Program-made: the position numbers and the translations under genes
IMG/VR virus record: IMGVR_UViG_3300005613_000051
Location: 4,771-68,770 of that record
Source: a virus
Strand: one strand, 5' to 3'
Length of the DNA stretch: 64,000 nt
Notes under the pieces: model-generated
Told to the model about the DNA's origin: nothing
Seen by the model: the letters and a program-made list of their open reading frames with translations, nothing else
Database searches by the model: none
Part shown: piece after piece, positions 38,975 to 48,263 of the stretch
Layout of the letters: each line of letters starts with the position of its first letter
How positions within the stretch are numbered: the first letter of the stretch is position 1

Positions 38975-41254
38975 TTATTTTAATTTAAATATTAATAGAT
39001 TCTCACCTTTAGTAAATGTTTTTCTTGTTCTCTGAAAATGATTTAAAGAATTATGACCCACGGGTATTTCTTCTAAAAAAATTAATTTTTCTTGAATACA
39101 GATACTTTTCATATCTTCTTTATACCTATTATTAACTACAAAAGAAAAATAATGAGGATTCTTCTTTAAACAATTACAAATTATTTTTCGCCACCATACA
39201 TTTAACCAAGATTTATAAGTAGGATACTTTAAGGTTGATGTCTCATCTCCGTCATATAACTCAGTATCAAAATAAGGTGGACAAGTAAATACAGCATCAA
39301 AATATTCTTTAGGAATAAAATCCTCAGCAGGATTATTATAAAAATATTTATTTTGCATTTTAAAATACTCTGCTATAGCTTTATTTCCTTGATAGGTTTC
39401 TAGGCAAATATCATTACCTATATAAGTAATGTTCTTAGCTCCTAGAAGTCTATGCCCCCAACCCATGCAAGGATCATAAATTGATTTTATATTATATTTT
39501 TCAATAAAAGCTTTAATCCAAAAAGGACTAAAAAAAGAATACCCTATATGAATTCCAGATATCTTAAATCCCTGAAGATACTGCTTTATCGAAATTTTAA
39601 ATTTATCTTTAACTTTATACTTTTCCCTATTTGCTACTAGTCTTTCTCGGATTATGGGGTTATTCCAAAGTTCTCTTTCCTTTCTATAAAAGTGAGGTTG
39701 AAAATGTTCTATAATCTTATTCTGATAGGGATTTTTTGAAAAATCCCCAGGTAATTTAGTAATTCTTTTATATTCTTTTTGAAGAGTTCTTTCTGAATAG
39801 GATAGGGGTAATCCTTGTTTTAAGAGTAAAAAAGTTAACCAATCTGGACCAAGTTCTATGTCTGACATCCAAATTTCTAAATAGTTTAAGCAATATTGAG
39901 ATGCATAAATTCGTTTTAAAGGATCACTCTCTGTATATACTTTTAAAGCATTCTTATAATGTTCAGATATTTCTGCTTTTTTCTTCCAATTATCTAAAAA
40001 TTCTTTATCGGGAGTATAAGGTTCTTTACCATGACTCCAATATCCTTGTAACTCAATAAAACAGTCATTCTTAGCAATATAAAAATCACATGCAAAAGGA
40101 TAACGAGGATCTTCATTATATTGTCGCTCAATATCTTTTTCCAAAAGCTGTTCTAGTAAGGACCAAATTAGAAAATATAAGTCATCTTCAATTTTTGAAG
40201 TACCATAAGTTCCATTATCTAGTTTTGTTTGATGAATCTTATCTTGAATTTCTTTAGATTGTGCTGGATATTTCACCCCATATCTTTTTAAACTAGTCTG
40301 AATAATTTTATCTTGAATTTCTTTAGATTGTCTTGGATATTTCACCCCATATCTTTTTAAACTAGTCTGAATAATTTTATCTTGAATTTCTTTAGATTGT
40401 CTTGGATATTCCACCCCATATCTTTTTAGAAAAGTTTTTCTTATTTTATCTTTAACTTCTTCAGATTGAAAAACATAGTTAACACCATATTTTTTTAAGC
40501 AAGTTTTTTTAGAAGCTTCTTTAAAAGGAGAGAAATGTTGAGGATTTTCTACTCCATATTTTTTTAAATTAGTTTGTTTTGTTTTTTCTTTAATGAGGTT
40601 AGATTTTGTAGGATGATCATACCCAAATCTATTCATATTAGTTTCTTTAAATTTTTCTTTTAGAATATCAGATTGCAGAGGATATTCACAGCCATAGCGT
40701 TTTATCATTGTTTTTTTTATTTTTGCACTAAGCTGCTCTGAGCTAAATGCTCCTATAGCACCATATTTCTTTATAAAAGAATTCTGAGTTTTCTTTTGAA
40801 TTTTTTTAGATTCTAAAGGATATTCTACATGGTATCTCTCTAAATTAGTCTTTTTAATTTTATTCTTTATTTCTTCGGAATAAATTGGATTAGAAACACC
40901 GTATCTCTTTAGATTAGTTTTTTTAATTTTATTTTTGATTTCTTCATTTTCTAAGGGAGATTTACTTTGAAATTTTTTTAAACAAGTTTGGGTTTGTTTT
41001 TCTTTGACCCAAGGAAGTTTTGCTACGTTAGAAACACCGTACTTTTTTTGTACTGTTTTTTGGCAATTTTCAATTCTTCGCTTAATATCTTTTTGAATTT
41101 TATGTTTTTTAAGATATCTTTTGACTGTAGTTTTACCTACCGCTAGGTCCTTAGCTATGTCTGTGCCTGTCTTATTTAATATTATATATTCCTGATATAG
41201 CCAGGAAAAGCTATCCAATTTTTTTAGAATATTAGAATTAAATTTTTTAACCAC
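38975..41254 (-). CDS. fusion of HTH, (K/R)YG(V) repeats, PD-(D/E)XK-like endonuclease and amino-DNA methyltransferase
   Basis: DIAKDLAVGKTTV (HTH); about 12 repeats of 23 aa; CDFY...FIELQGYWSHG; YDPCMGWGHRLLGA (motif I) and FTCPPYF (motif IV). Confidence 0.8.
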   Translation of the reverse strand: MVKKFNSNILKKLDSFSWLYQEYIILNKTGTDIAKDLAVGKTTVKRYLKKHKIQKDIKRRIENCQKTVQKKYGVSNVAKLPWVKEKQTQTCLKKFQSKSPLENEEIKNKIKKTNLKRYGVSNPIYSEEIKNKIKKTNLERYHVEYPLESKKIQKKTQNSFIKKYGAIGAFSSEQLSAKIKKTMIKRYGCEYPLQSDILKEKFKETNMNRFGYDHPTKSNLIKEKTKQTNLKKYGVENPQHFSPFKEASKKTCLKKYGVNYVFQSEEVKDKIRKTFLKRYGVEYPRQSKEIQDKIIQTSLKRYGVKYPRQSKEIQDKIIQTSLKRYGVKYPAQSKEIQDKIHQTKLDNGTYGTSKIEDDLYFLIWSLLEQLLEKDIERQYNEDPRYPFACDFYIAKNDCFIELQGYWSHGKEPYTPDKEFLDNWKKKAEISEHYKNALKVYTESDPLKRIYASQYCLNYLEIWMSDIELGPDWLTFLLLKQGLPLSYSERTLQKEYKRITKLPGDFSKNPYQNKIIEHFQPHFYRKERELWNNPIIRERLVANREKYKVKDKFKISIKQYLQGFKISGIHIGYSFFSPFWIKAFIEKYNIKSIYDPCMGWGHRLLGAKNITYIGNDICLETYQGNKAIAEYFKMQNKYFYNNPAEDFIPKEYFDAVFTCPPYFDTELYDGDETSTLKYPTYKSWLNVWWRKIICNCLKKNPHYFSFVVNNRYKEDMKSICIQEKLIFLEEIPVGHNSLNHFQRTRKTFTKGENLLIFKLK
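40239..40428. repeat. near-perfect 69-bp tandem repeat (about 2.75 copies) inside the fusion gene
   Basis: Unit TTATCTTGAATTTCTTTAGATTG...CACCCCATATCTTTTTA starts at 40239, 40308 and 40377. Confidence 0.9.
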
Positions 41255-41300
41255 AACATCTTGCGTAAAAGTAGTCTTCTTCTACACTAAGCAGTATAGA

Positions 41301-41915
41301 TTACATTGTCAATCTGAAAATAACACTTAATGTTGCGGTATTAGGTTTATTGATTACTTGAATTGTTCGATAATTGATTAAGTTATCTTTTGCTTCATCA
41401 ATCACATTTTCCTCTGCGTCACCCCCGTATAATCCCAATTCCATGATAGGACCAACCGCTTCAGATTCCGAAAAAACGGTTTGAAAATCAATAATATTAG
41501 TTATCTCTGTCGCAGGTAGTCCAGAACCATCAGTTTTTACAAAATTGACATTAGCAAATCTTTTTCTTGCTAATTCAGCTTCAAGTTTTGTTTGAGTAGT
41601 TGTAGCCACAGGTGGATTTTGAGGATCCCAAGAAGAGTGTCCAGTTCCCACAGCTAGAACCCAGATACCGTGAGCAGGACCTACTGGATCTAAAGTAGTT
41701 TGTCCATCTGCTAAAAGACGAGCAATAAGTAATGAGGCTGAATCTACTATAACATTTTGGTAATATTTTTCAACTTTACCGTCATTATGATTTAAAATAA
41801 GAAAGAATTCACCTTTCATTTTACTTCTATTATTTTCTTCATATTTTGTACCAAAACTCATTCTTCCACTAGTTTCTGATGTTTTCTTTAAAACTTCCTT
41901 GTTAATATTTGCCAT
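41301..41915 (-). CDS. tail collar or baseplate-fibre attachment protein
   Basis: N.IV...LAVGTG...T.L..ELARK...F...EA.G.I.E.GL.GG pattern. Confidence 0.7.
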   Translation of the reverse strand: MANINKEVLKKTSETSGRMSFGTKYEENNRSKMKGEFFLILNHNDGKVEKYYQNVIVDSASLLIARLLADGQTTLDPVGPAHGIWVLAVGTGHSSWDPQNPPVATTTQTKLEAELARKRFANVNFVKTDGSGLPATEITNIIDFQTVFSESEAVGPIMELGLYGGDAEENVIDEAKDNLINYRTIQVINKPNTATLSVIFRLTM

Positions 41916-41971
41916 GTCTCTATTCCTCCAAAATTCATATTTTTATTGTATATATACATTATATTAATTAA

Positions 41972-44900
41972 TTATACAGGTACCACTTCGATTGCTGTGG
42001 TAATAAAATTATTATTACTTTGAGTTAACACAGGAGATGGATTTTCATATTCATTTACAGTAATATAAGTTGCAAAAATAATATCCTCTTGGTCTAAACC
42101 TATGCTACTATTATTACCTGCAGAAGGGTCTAAATGTATTAACTTATTTGATTCTAGGTAGGAATTTCCACTAAGATCATATTCGAATCCTTTAGTATAA
42201 TTAAATACTTTATATACTAAAGAAACCTCAGTAGAACTAAATAATATGAAGTTATCTGGGTCATGCACTGAAATCAGATGTTCATATTCATTAGTATGAT
42301 CCACAGCTTCATAGTCCACTCTAACTATATCCCCATAATCTAACCCCTGAGGATTTAAATTGAAATCTAAGTCAATAACTTGATCATTAATAATATTCAT
42401 ACCAGTTAAATCATAATAAAAACTTTGAGTTTCATTATAAACACTATTTACTATTCCATTTAATATCTTTTTAGGAGTTAGAAATAGAAGTGGAGATAAC
42501 GTTGGAATATTGTTATTTATGGATGCTACTTTTACACCATAAGCATTAATAGAAGGATCTATTAATTGTAAATCTTCTATGCCATACCCATTCATCATAA
42601 AAGGTATGTAATCTGTCAATTTTACATAAGAAGTTTCAACATCAGCTTCTTTAAGTTTAGTTCCTGATAATATATCGCTTTCTGTGTTGGTTAAACCCTC
42701 ATTAGCTATTAACCAAGCTTCTTCTTTATAATAATCTCTTGAAACATCATCTAGATGAATAGGAACTACTGGATCTGGATTAATATATCCTGAAACTGAA
42801 CCAACCTCAAAAGTATGTAATAAATATCCTCGGTCAGAAGAATTACCAACTCCTTGATCTTCAAAGTAAATACTTCCTGAATTAGCAAAAGCTTCAAAAC
42901 TTTCATCATTTGCTAAAATTGGAGTACTATATACTGGATTTTCACTGGGGTCTCTATTCCACAAAACTTCCCAAAGTTCATCTATACCCCCATATTCCTC
43001 TTCTTTCACATCATCAATAAGCATATGAGCAGTGGTATGTGTTCCTCCAAGATGATACTCAGGAACTGTGGGTAAAGGATGTTCAAAAACATCCCAACTA
43101 CCATTGCCCCCATGTAATGTGCAATTTAAATCATTGATGACATTAAAGGTAGCTTCAACAAAACCTGTTCCTGAGTATAGCTCTGGAGTTATGGGATAGG
43201 TAAATAATTGACAATCATAATCTCTCTTAATGGTTGTTTCTGTACCACCATATGTGAAATCTAACTCTATTAATCGGCGAAAATCCATCATCATTCCATT
43301 TTTAGGATCTTCACAAAGAGTTTGCACTATGTTAGCAGTACCCCCGTTATCTAGATACTCAAATTCAAGAGCACTATAAAAAGGATGATATGAATCATAA
43401 TGAATTTCACTATACATCCTATCTTCAGGAGTATTCATTATGAACTCATTGTTATTCATTCTAAATTCTTGAAAGGGAAGTCTTCTCCAAACATCCTTTT
43501 TATCTAGAGATCGGGGAAAAAGTTCTTGACCATCAACTAGAGTAGTTGAGTATATATCGGAATCATAACCATGAGATTTAAAAATGTCATAATCATTTAT
43601 TCTGTTTCTTAAGCTTAACTCATTCATATTAAGAGTTAAGGCATCGTTGAATACAGAAGAATTAAATAAGTTAAAACCTTTATAGCGATAACTTTTTTCA
43701 AGAGGAATTTGTTCTTCTATGGAATACTCTGAAGGAAACAATACTGTTCTATAACTTAATTCTGTAGCTTGATTTTTCCAGTTATTAATAACAGAATCAA
43801 AATCATTCGTAATTAAGGCACCAATATATTGCCTTAGATAGTAATATGTTACAGTTATTGTAGATGTATCAGAAGGTATGTCTCTTAATTTAAAAGAAGC
43901 AGAAAGTGGATATATTTCTTGTACTTCAACTCTTATTCCATCTACATAAACTTGAATATCACTAGTTTCATCTGCTAAAGAACCGTCCTCTTTACCAAAG
44001 GGACCAAAACGTGTATGATATATAGCAATATCATAAGTATCCCAAGTACCTCCTGAGATAGACCTCGCCCATCTGGGAGAAGATTGTCTAAAAGAACCTT
44101 CCGAAGTAACTTCTTGAGCTATTTCATCTTCTATTAATAAATAGTTATCTCCAGCACATTTTTTTCTAAAATCTTCATAATAGTAATTATAAAGATCAAC
44201 ATGAGATACCTCACAAATAGCAGTATTTGCTATTTTTTGCTTTGTTTCAAAACCGTCATGTGTTATGACAGGATCGTTATTCTCGTCAGTAACAAGAAGA
44301 CATCCTTTTCTAAAAATATCAAATAATTCTGAAAAGATAAATTTAGTAACATATGTAGTATGAGCTGGTTTGATAATATTTAATAAAAATTCGATATCTT
44401 TTTGAAGTTGATTTACATCTTTTATACGAGGGTCATCAACTTGAATAACAATATCAAAAGTAAATTTTTTAATGATGGAATCAAGTGAAGGATCTTCTCT
44501 AGATAATAAAAAATTTTCAACAATACCTACGGGTACTTCTACAAATTTTAAAAGGGATCTTTCAATATTAGCTTTAGTACTTCCTCCAAAGTAAGCTTCA
44601 ATAATTGATAGATAAAAATTTCTTACTTTTTCATCAGTGGAGGTAGTTTGGGCAAATCTTTGTCTAGGGAAAAGAAAAGATGCTATATTTTGAGAAAGGT
44701 ATTCTCCTCTAGTAGTATCAAAAATAATATCATCGGTTACTTGTTTAGTAATACATAGAAATCGAGCTGATTCAAAAGCAATAGCTTTTAAATGCATAGC
44801 ATAATTAGTGCTAGGTACATCAGATTTGTAGCTAGAATCTAATAGACCCAACATACCTCTATCTTTAGGAACATATGTTCCATTTTCTCCATTAGATAGA

Positions 44901-45001
44901 GATTTTACAATAAGTCCAAGACGTTCATTTGCTCTTTCGAGAATATCTTTTCGAAATTGTTTAGTATCTAAAAAACCGTTTGTGTTACCACCGAATGACA
45001 T
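41972..45001 (-). CDS. baseplate wedge protein (gpI/gp7-like N-terminus)
   Basis: R.F...IIEAYF.GST..NI and IIKPAHT motifs; follows baseplate J. Confidence 0.65.
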   Translation of the reverse strand: MSFGGNTNGFLDTKQFRKDILERANERLGLIVKSLSNGENGTYVPKDRGMLGLLDSSYKSDVPSTNYAMHLKAIAFESARFLCITKQVTDDIIFDTTRGEYLSQNIASFLFPRQRFAQTTSTDEKVRNFYLSIIEAYFGGSTKANIERSLLKFVEVPVGIVENFLLSREDPSLDSIIKKFTFDIVIQVDDPRIKDVNQLQKDIEFLLNIIKPAHTTYVTKFIFSELFDIFRKGCLLVTDENNDPVITHDGFETKQKIANTAICEVSHVDLYNYYYEDFRKKCAGDNYLLIEDEIAQEVTSEGSFRQSSPRWARSISGGTWDTYDIAIYHTRFGPFGKEDGSLADETSDIQVYVDGIRVEVQEIYPLSASFKLRDIPSDTSTITVTYYYLRQYIGALITNDFDSVINNWKNQATELSYRTVLFPSEYSIEEQIPLEKSYRYKGFNLFNSSVFNDALTLNMNELSLRNRINDYDIFKSHGYDSDIYSTTLVDGQELFPRSLDKKDVWRRLPFQEFRMNNNEFIMNTPEDRMYSEIHYDSYHPFYSALEFEYLDNGGTANIVQTLCEDPKNGMMMDFRRLIELDFTYGGTETTIKRDYDCQLFTYPITPELYSGTGFVEATFNVINDLNCTLHGGNGSWDVFEHPLPTVPEYHLGGTHTTAHMLIDDVKEEEYGGIDELWEVLWNRDPSENPVYSTPILANDESFEAFANSGSIYFEDQGVGNSSDRGYLLHTFEVGSVSGYINPDPVVPIHLDDVSRDYYKEEAWLIANEGLTNTESDILSGTKLKEADVETSYVKLTDYIPFMMNGYGIEDLQLIDPSINAYGVKVASINNNIPTLSPLLFLTPKKILNGIVNSVYNETQSFYYDLTGMNIINDQVIDLDFNLNPQGLDYGDIVRVDYEAVDHTNEYEHLISVHDPDNFILFSSTEVSLVYKVFNYTKGFEYDLSGNSYLESNKLIHLDPSAGNNSSIGLDQEDIIFATYITVNEYENPSPVLTQSNNNFITTAIEVVPV

Positions 45002-45004
45002 ATC

Positions 45005-48000
45005 TTAGAACCCTGTAAATTTTTTGGAAAAATCGTATGTTATAATTAAATTACCAACAGCTCCATACTCAATGTCACTAAAAGTAATATCTCTAGCACC
45101 AGTAGCATCTACTACAAGATATGTTGTTGTAATTGTAGCATCATGTATATTTCCTATTTTTGGAGAAACATAGAGGTAACCCTCTGAATCAATAAAAGCT
45201 CGTCCTGCTGCTTCAGCTACTTTAGATAAATCATCCGTTAGGAATAATTCAATATCATTTTCAAAAACTCCTCTGAAAGCGGTATTTGATCCACCCCCTT
45301 CTAAGGTTTTCCACTGCAGTGTTCCTACACTTTTGTATGCAGTAACATTCACTGTTTGATAAGGTACCCATTCATCTGCATAAACTTCTTTAATTACCAA
45401 GCTATTATTTGCCTTTACCATTTTTGTGAAAGGAACAATCACATAATCCACTCCATTGATTCCTTCTATTACATGAATTATATCAGATTGATAGATGGAT
45501 TGACCTATGAGTTTTTCTGACAAAACTTTTGCTATAGCAGTTCTAACTTGTCTATCGATGCTTGTTTGATCACTACCATCATATAACATAATCTTAATAT
45601 CAAAATCAATATAAGTTTTTAAAGCAGATTTAACAACAACATCTGCAGTAAGATGTCTCATGGTATCTATTCTTGATTTAACAGAATGAAGCAGAGTATT
45701 CACGGTATAAGTAACCGTAAAATTTTCACCTGCTTCATAATCCACAAGTACTTTTGCTCCATTGGGGATAGAGCTAGTCACAGTTCTTTTTAGGGTAGTA
45801 AGTTTTTTCATGCTACCTGGGGTAACCAAATAATCAATAGCTCTTTGATAGGTAGTAGTATTTGTCTCATCTGTAACTACTACAGTATCTACATCAACAC
45901 CAAATCTTTCTAGAGATACTTCATTTTCTCCAAATAATAGGTGATCTTCATCAACTACTACTTTTATACTACCGTTGGGAAGACCATTAGCAAAATTCAA
46001 AGACATCTGATCTTTGGAAGACGTTGAGTTTCCAAATTTAAGAGGATCTTCTAATTTTTGAAGAATAATATTTTCTGATGTTAAATGACCAGAATTTTCT
46101 CCTATACAAGAGACAATGGAATCCACGGGTTGATTAGCAAAGACATAGGGTTCTGAATCTCGATATCTATAGGATACACTTATAACATCTGTAGGACTTA
46201 AACCTATAGCTTGATTAGCTTGAAGTGATTCATTCAAATCAATTACTTGTCCTTCACCGATTATTACAGCACCTGTTACATCATATAAAGCTTGTTTAGT
46301 TAAATTTTTTACTTCAAGTACTTGGAAGATAGGTTTTTCATAAGTTACGTTAGAATTATATATTCTGAAATGAAAGAATTGAACACTTTGAATAAGAGCT
46401 TGTTCTCCTTTAACCGTATTATAGGTAAATCCAAAATTTTCTGAATAATTAGTAGTTAAGCTACCTTGTACATAAATATCTACTTTTCCAAAAGTATGTA
46501 CTAATCGAAGGGGATCTATATCCCTTTGCATAAGTTCTTCACCTGCACTAATAATCTTAGTTCTTTGGACATTAGGAGTTCCTAAAGTAGTAGCTAAATA
46601 TCCTGCTTCAGTTCCTGCATCAACACTAACAAAAGCAAGCATTGCTCTTTCAGCTAAATCATTATTAGATTCTATATCTTGACCAAATTCAGTTGGATTA
46701 GGATTAGTTACTCCAAAGATAGAATCAATACCACTTACAATAAGTCTAATCTTGCTAGCATCAACATTACCCACATCCCCTGGTTGAAGAGCACGTATAT
46801 CTAATCTAACTTCATACCTATTAGTACTTCTGTTGTAGTAATTTTCTAAATCATCTACAGATAGTATAAAGTCGGTTAATACTTCAAATTGAACGGGTTC
46901 TGTGGTTTCATCTGAAATAGTTTCAACAATACCACCTGAGTTAATAACTGCATCTCTAGTGGGAGTTTTTAAAGTATAAAATAAAGCTTGTCCTATAGCA
47001 TTTTGAGCTGCTTTTCTACGATAATTCACATTTCCAGCTAATTTGGTAAAAGCATTATCAATTAAAACTTGTACTCGATCCGCATTTTCATCAGATAGAA
47101 GTAAAGCTTCTTTTAATCTAAGTTTATTAGCTGTCGTCAAAACATCGTCTGATACCCCATCTCCATTTGGATCATCAAACTCAATTAATGTTAAAAAAGA
47201 TTGGGAACGATGCATAAAATCAAGAATAATATATAATCTTTCAAATTCATCACTAGGGGGGTTAATATGCACGTCTCTCGTAATAGTTCCGGGCTTAACA
47301 TCTATTTCAGAATTATTTTGTAAAATTTGATCAATCAAACTTGCTTGGATATCAACCGTATTTCTAGCAGGAAGATCTCGGATAGTTGTATCTAATAATA
47401 GTGGATTTGTTCCTAATTCAGCACTGTATATAGATTCTACTTGTTTTTGAGAAGTTGAATCAAAAGCTACTGCAGTTGCGACATAGTGATTTGGTTCTGA
47501 TAGAGGAATCGTTCCTAATGGTTGATTTAATCTGTTATGTTCATAGGAATAATAGTAATCCCTTACTACTTTTTCAATAATATTTGTTGTTCTGATGTCT
47601 CCTGAAGTATCAACAGTTTCACTAAGAACAATGGTATTTTCTTTAAAAAAGTCAGGAGCTGTAACCAGAGTACTATTTAATAAAGTAAACCCCTTAGTTC
47701 CTCCACCAGGTTTTTCACTTCCATAAAAGTTATAGCCTATAACTTCAGGTTCACTATTCTCAATCACTGATATTTTAACTGAATTTCTACTTCTTTCTAG
47801 AGTAATACCTGTGGGAGCATCTACAATTAAATTTAAGTTATCATCAGTGATATAAGTTACTGTTAAAGTGTCTGGAGAACTAGTTATTCCATCACCATCT
47901 ATTGCTGTAACATTAAATTGATTTTCACCTTCAGATAATAAGGTAACAAAGGTCCAGTCTGTTGCTCCGGAGGCGTAAGTCACCCCAGTTGTACTTCCGT

Positions 48001-48115
48001 TCACCAATATTTTTTCGGTGGTTGGATCCGACCAACCTTTTATAGTCTGATTGACTAAATTGGTTGAATATCCTGGAGCATTTGTTGGAAATGTAATTTC
48101 AGGTATAATAGCCAC
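45005..48115 (-). CDS. baseplate J/gp6-like wedge protein
   Basis: DVKPG..TRD.HI.P, A...G..GNV, NP.PT..G.D.ESN..LAER, GKVDIY, DII..IE...GVDY. Confidence 0.85.
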   Translation of the reverse strand: MAIIPEITFPTNAPGYSTNLVNQTIKGWSDPTTEKILVNGSTTGVTYASGATDWTFVTLLSEGENQFNVTAIDGDGITSSPDTLTVTYITDDNLNLIVDAPTGITLERSRNSVKISVIENSEPEVIGYNFYGSEKPGGGTKGFTLLNSTLVTAPDFFKENTIVLSETVDTSGDIRTTNIIEKVVRDYYYSYEHNRLNQPLGTIPLSEPNHYVATAVAFDSTSQKQVESIYSAELGTNPLLLDTTIRDLPARNTVDIQASLIDQILQNNSEIDVKPGTITRDVHINPPSDEFERLYIILDFMHRSQSFLTLIEFDDPNGDGVSDDVLTTANKLRLKEALLLSDENADRVQVLIDNAFTKLAGNVNYRRKAAQNAIGQALFYTLKTPTRDAVINSGGIVETISDETTEPVQFEVLTDFILSVDDLENYYNRSTNRYEVRLDIRALQPGDVGNVDASKIRLIVSGIDSIFGVTNPNPTEFGQDIESNNDLAERAMLAFVSVDAGTEAGYLATTLGTPNVQRTKIISAGEELMQRDIDPLRLVHTFGKVDIYVQGSLTTNYSENFGFTYNTVKGEQALIQSVQFFHFRIYNSNVTYEKPIFQVLEVKNLTKQALYDVTGAVIIGEGQVIDLNESLQANQAIGLSPTDVISVSYRYRDSEPYVFANQPVDSIVSCIGENSGHLTSENIILQKLEDPLKFGNSTSSKDQMSLNFANGLPNGSIKVVVDEDHLLFGENEVSLERFGVDVDTVVVTDETNTTTYQRAIDYLVTPGSMKKLTTLKRTVTSSIPNGAKVLVDYEAGENFTVTYTVNTLLHSVKSRIDTMRHLTADVVVKSALKTYIDFDIKIMLYDGSDQTSIDRQVRTAIAKVLSEKLIGQSIYQSDIIHVIEGINGVDYVIVPFTKMVKANNSLVIKEVYADEWVPYQTVNVTAYKSVGTLQWKTLEGGGSNTAFRGVFENDIELFLTDDLSKVAEAAGRAFIDSEGYLYVSPKIGNIHDATITTTYLVVDATGARDITFSDIEYGAVGNLIITYDFSKKFTGF

Positions 48116-48263
48116 AAAAGTCTCCCCTCTCTATTATTTTAAAGTATGTCCCTATGCTTAGATAAAATTAGTAAAAAAATTGTCTTGTTTATAATAACTT
48201 AATAGTAAATTATGAGATTATTTAGATGGGAGTTTTTAAAGATTGAAAAGGATTTACTAATGC

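Noticed and set aside
40239-40428. CRISPR-like array
   Set aside because: Contiguous in-frame coding repeats with no unique spacers.
14939-48115. Bacterial contractile injection system or tailocin rather than phage
   Set aside because: Interspersed ligase, exonuclease, dUTPase, Hsp20 and many orphans, with no host housekeeping context, fit a large phage. Capsid and terminase genes are not in this window, so this is not formally proven.
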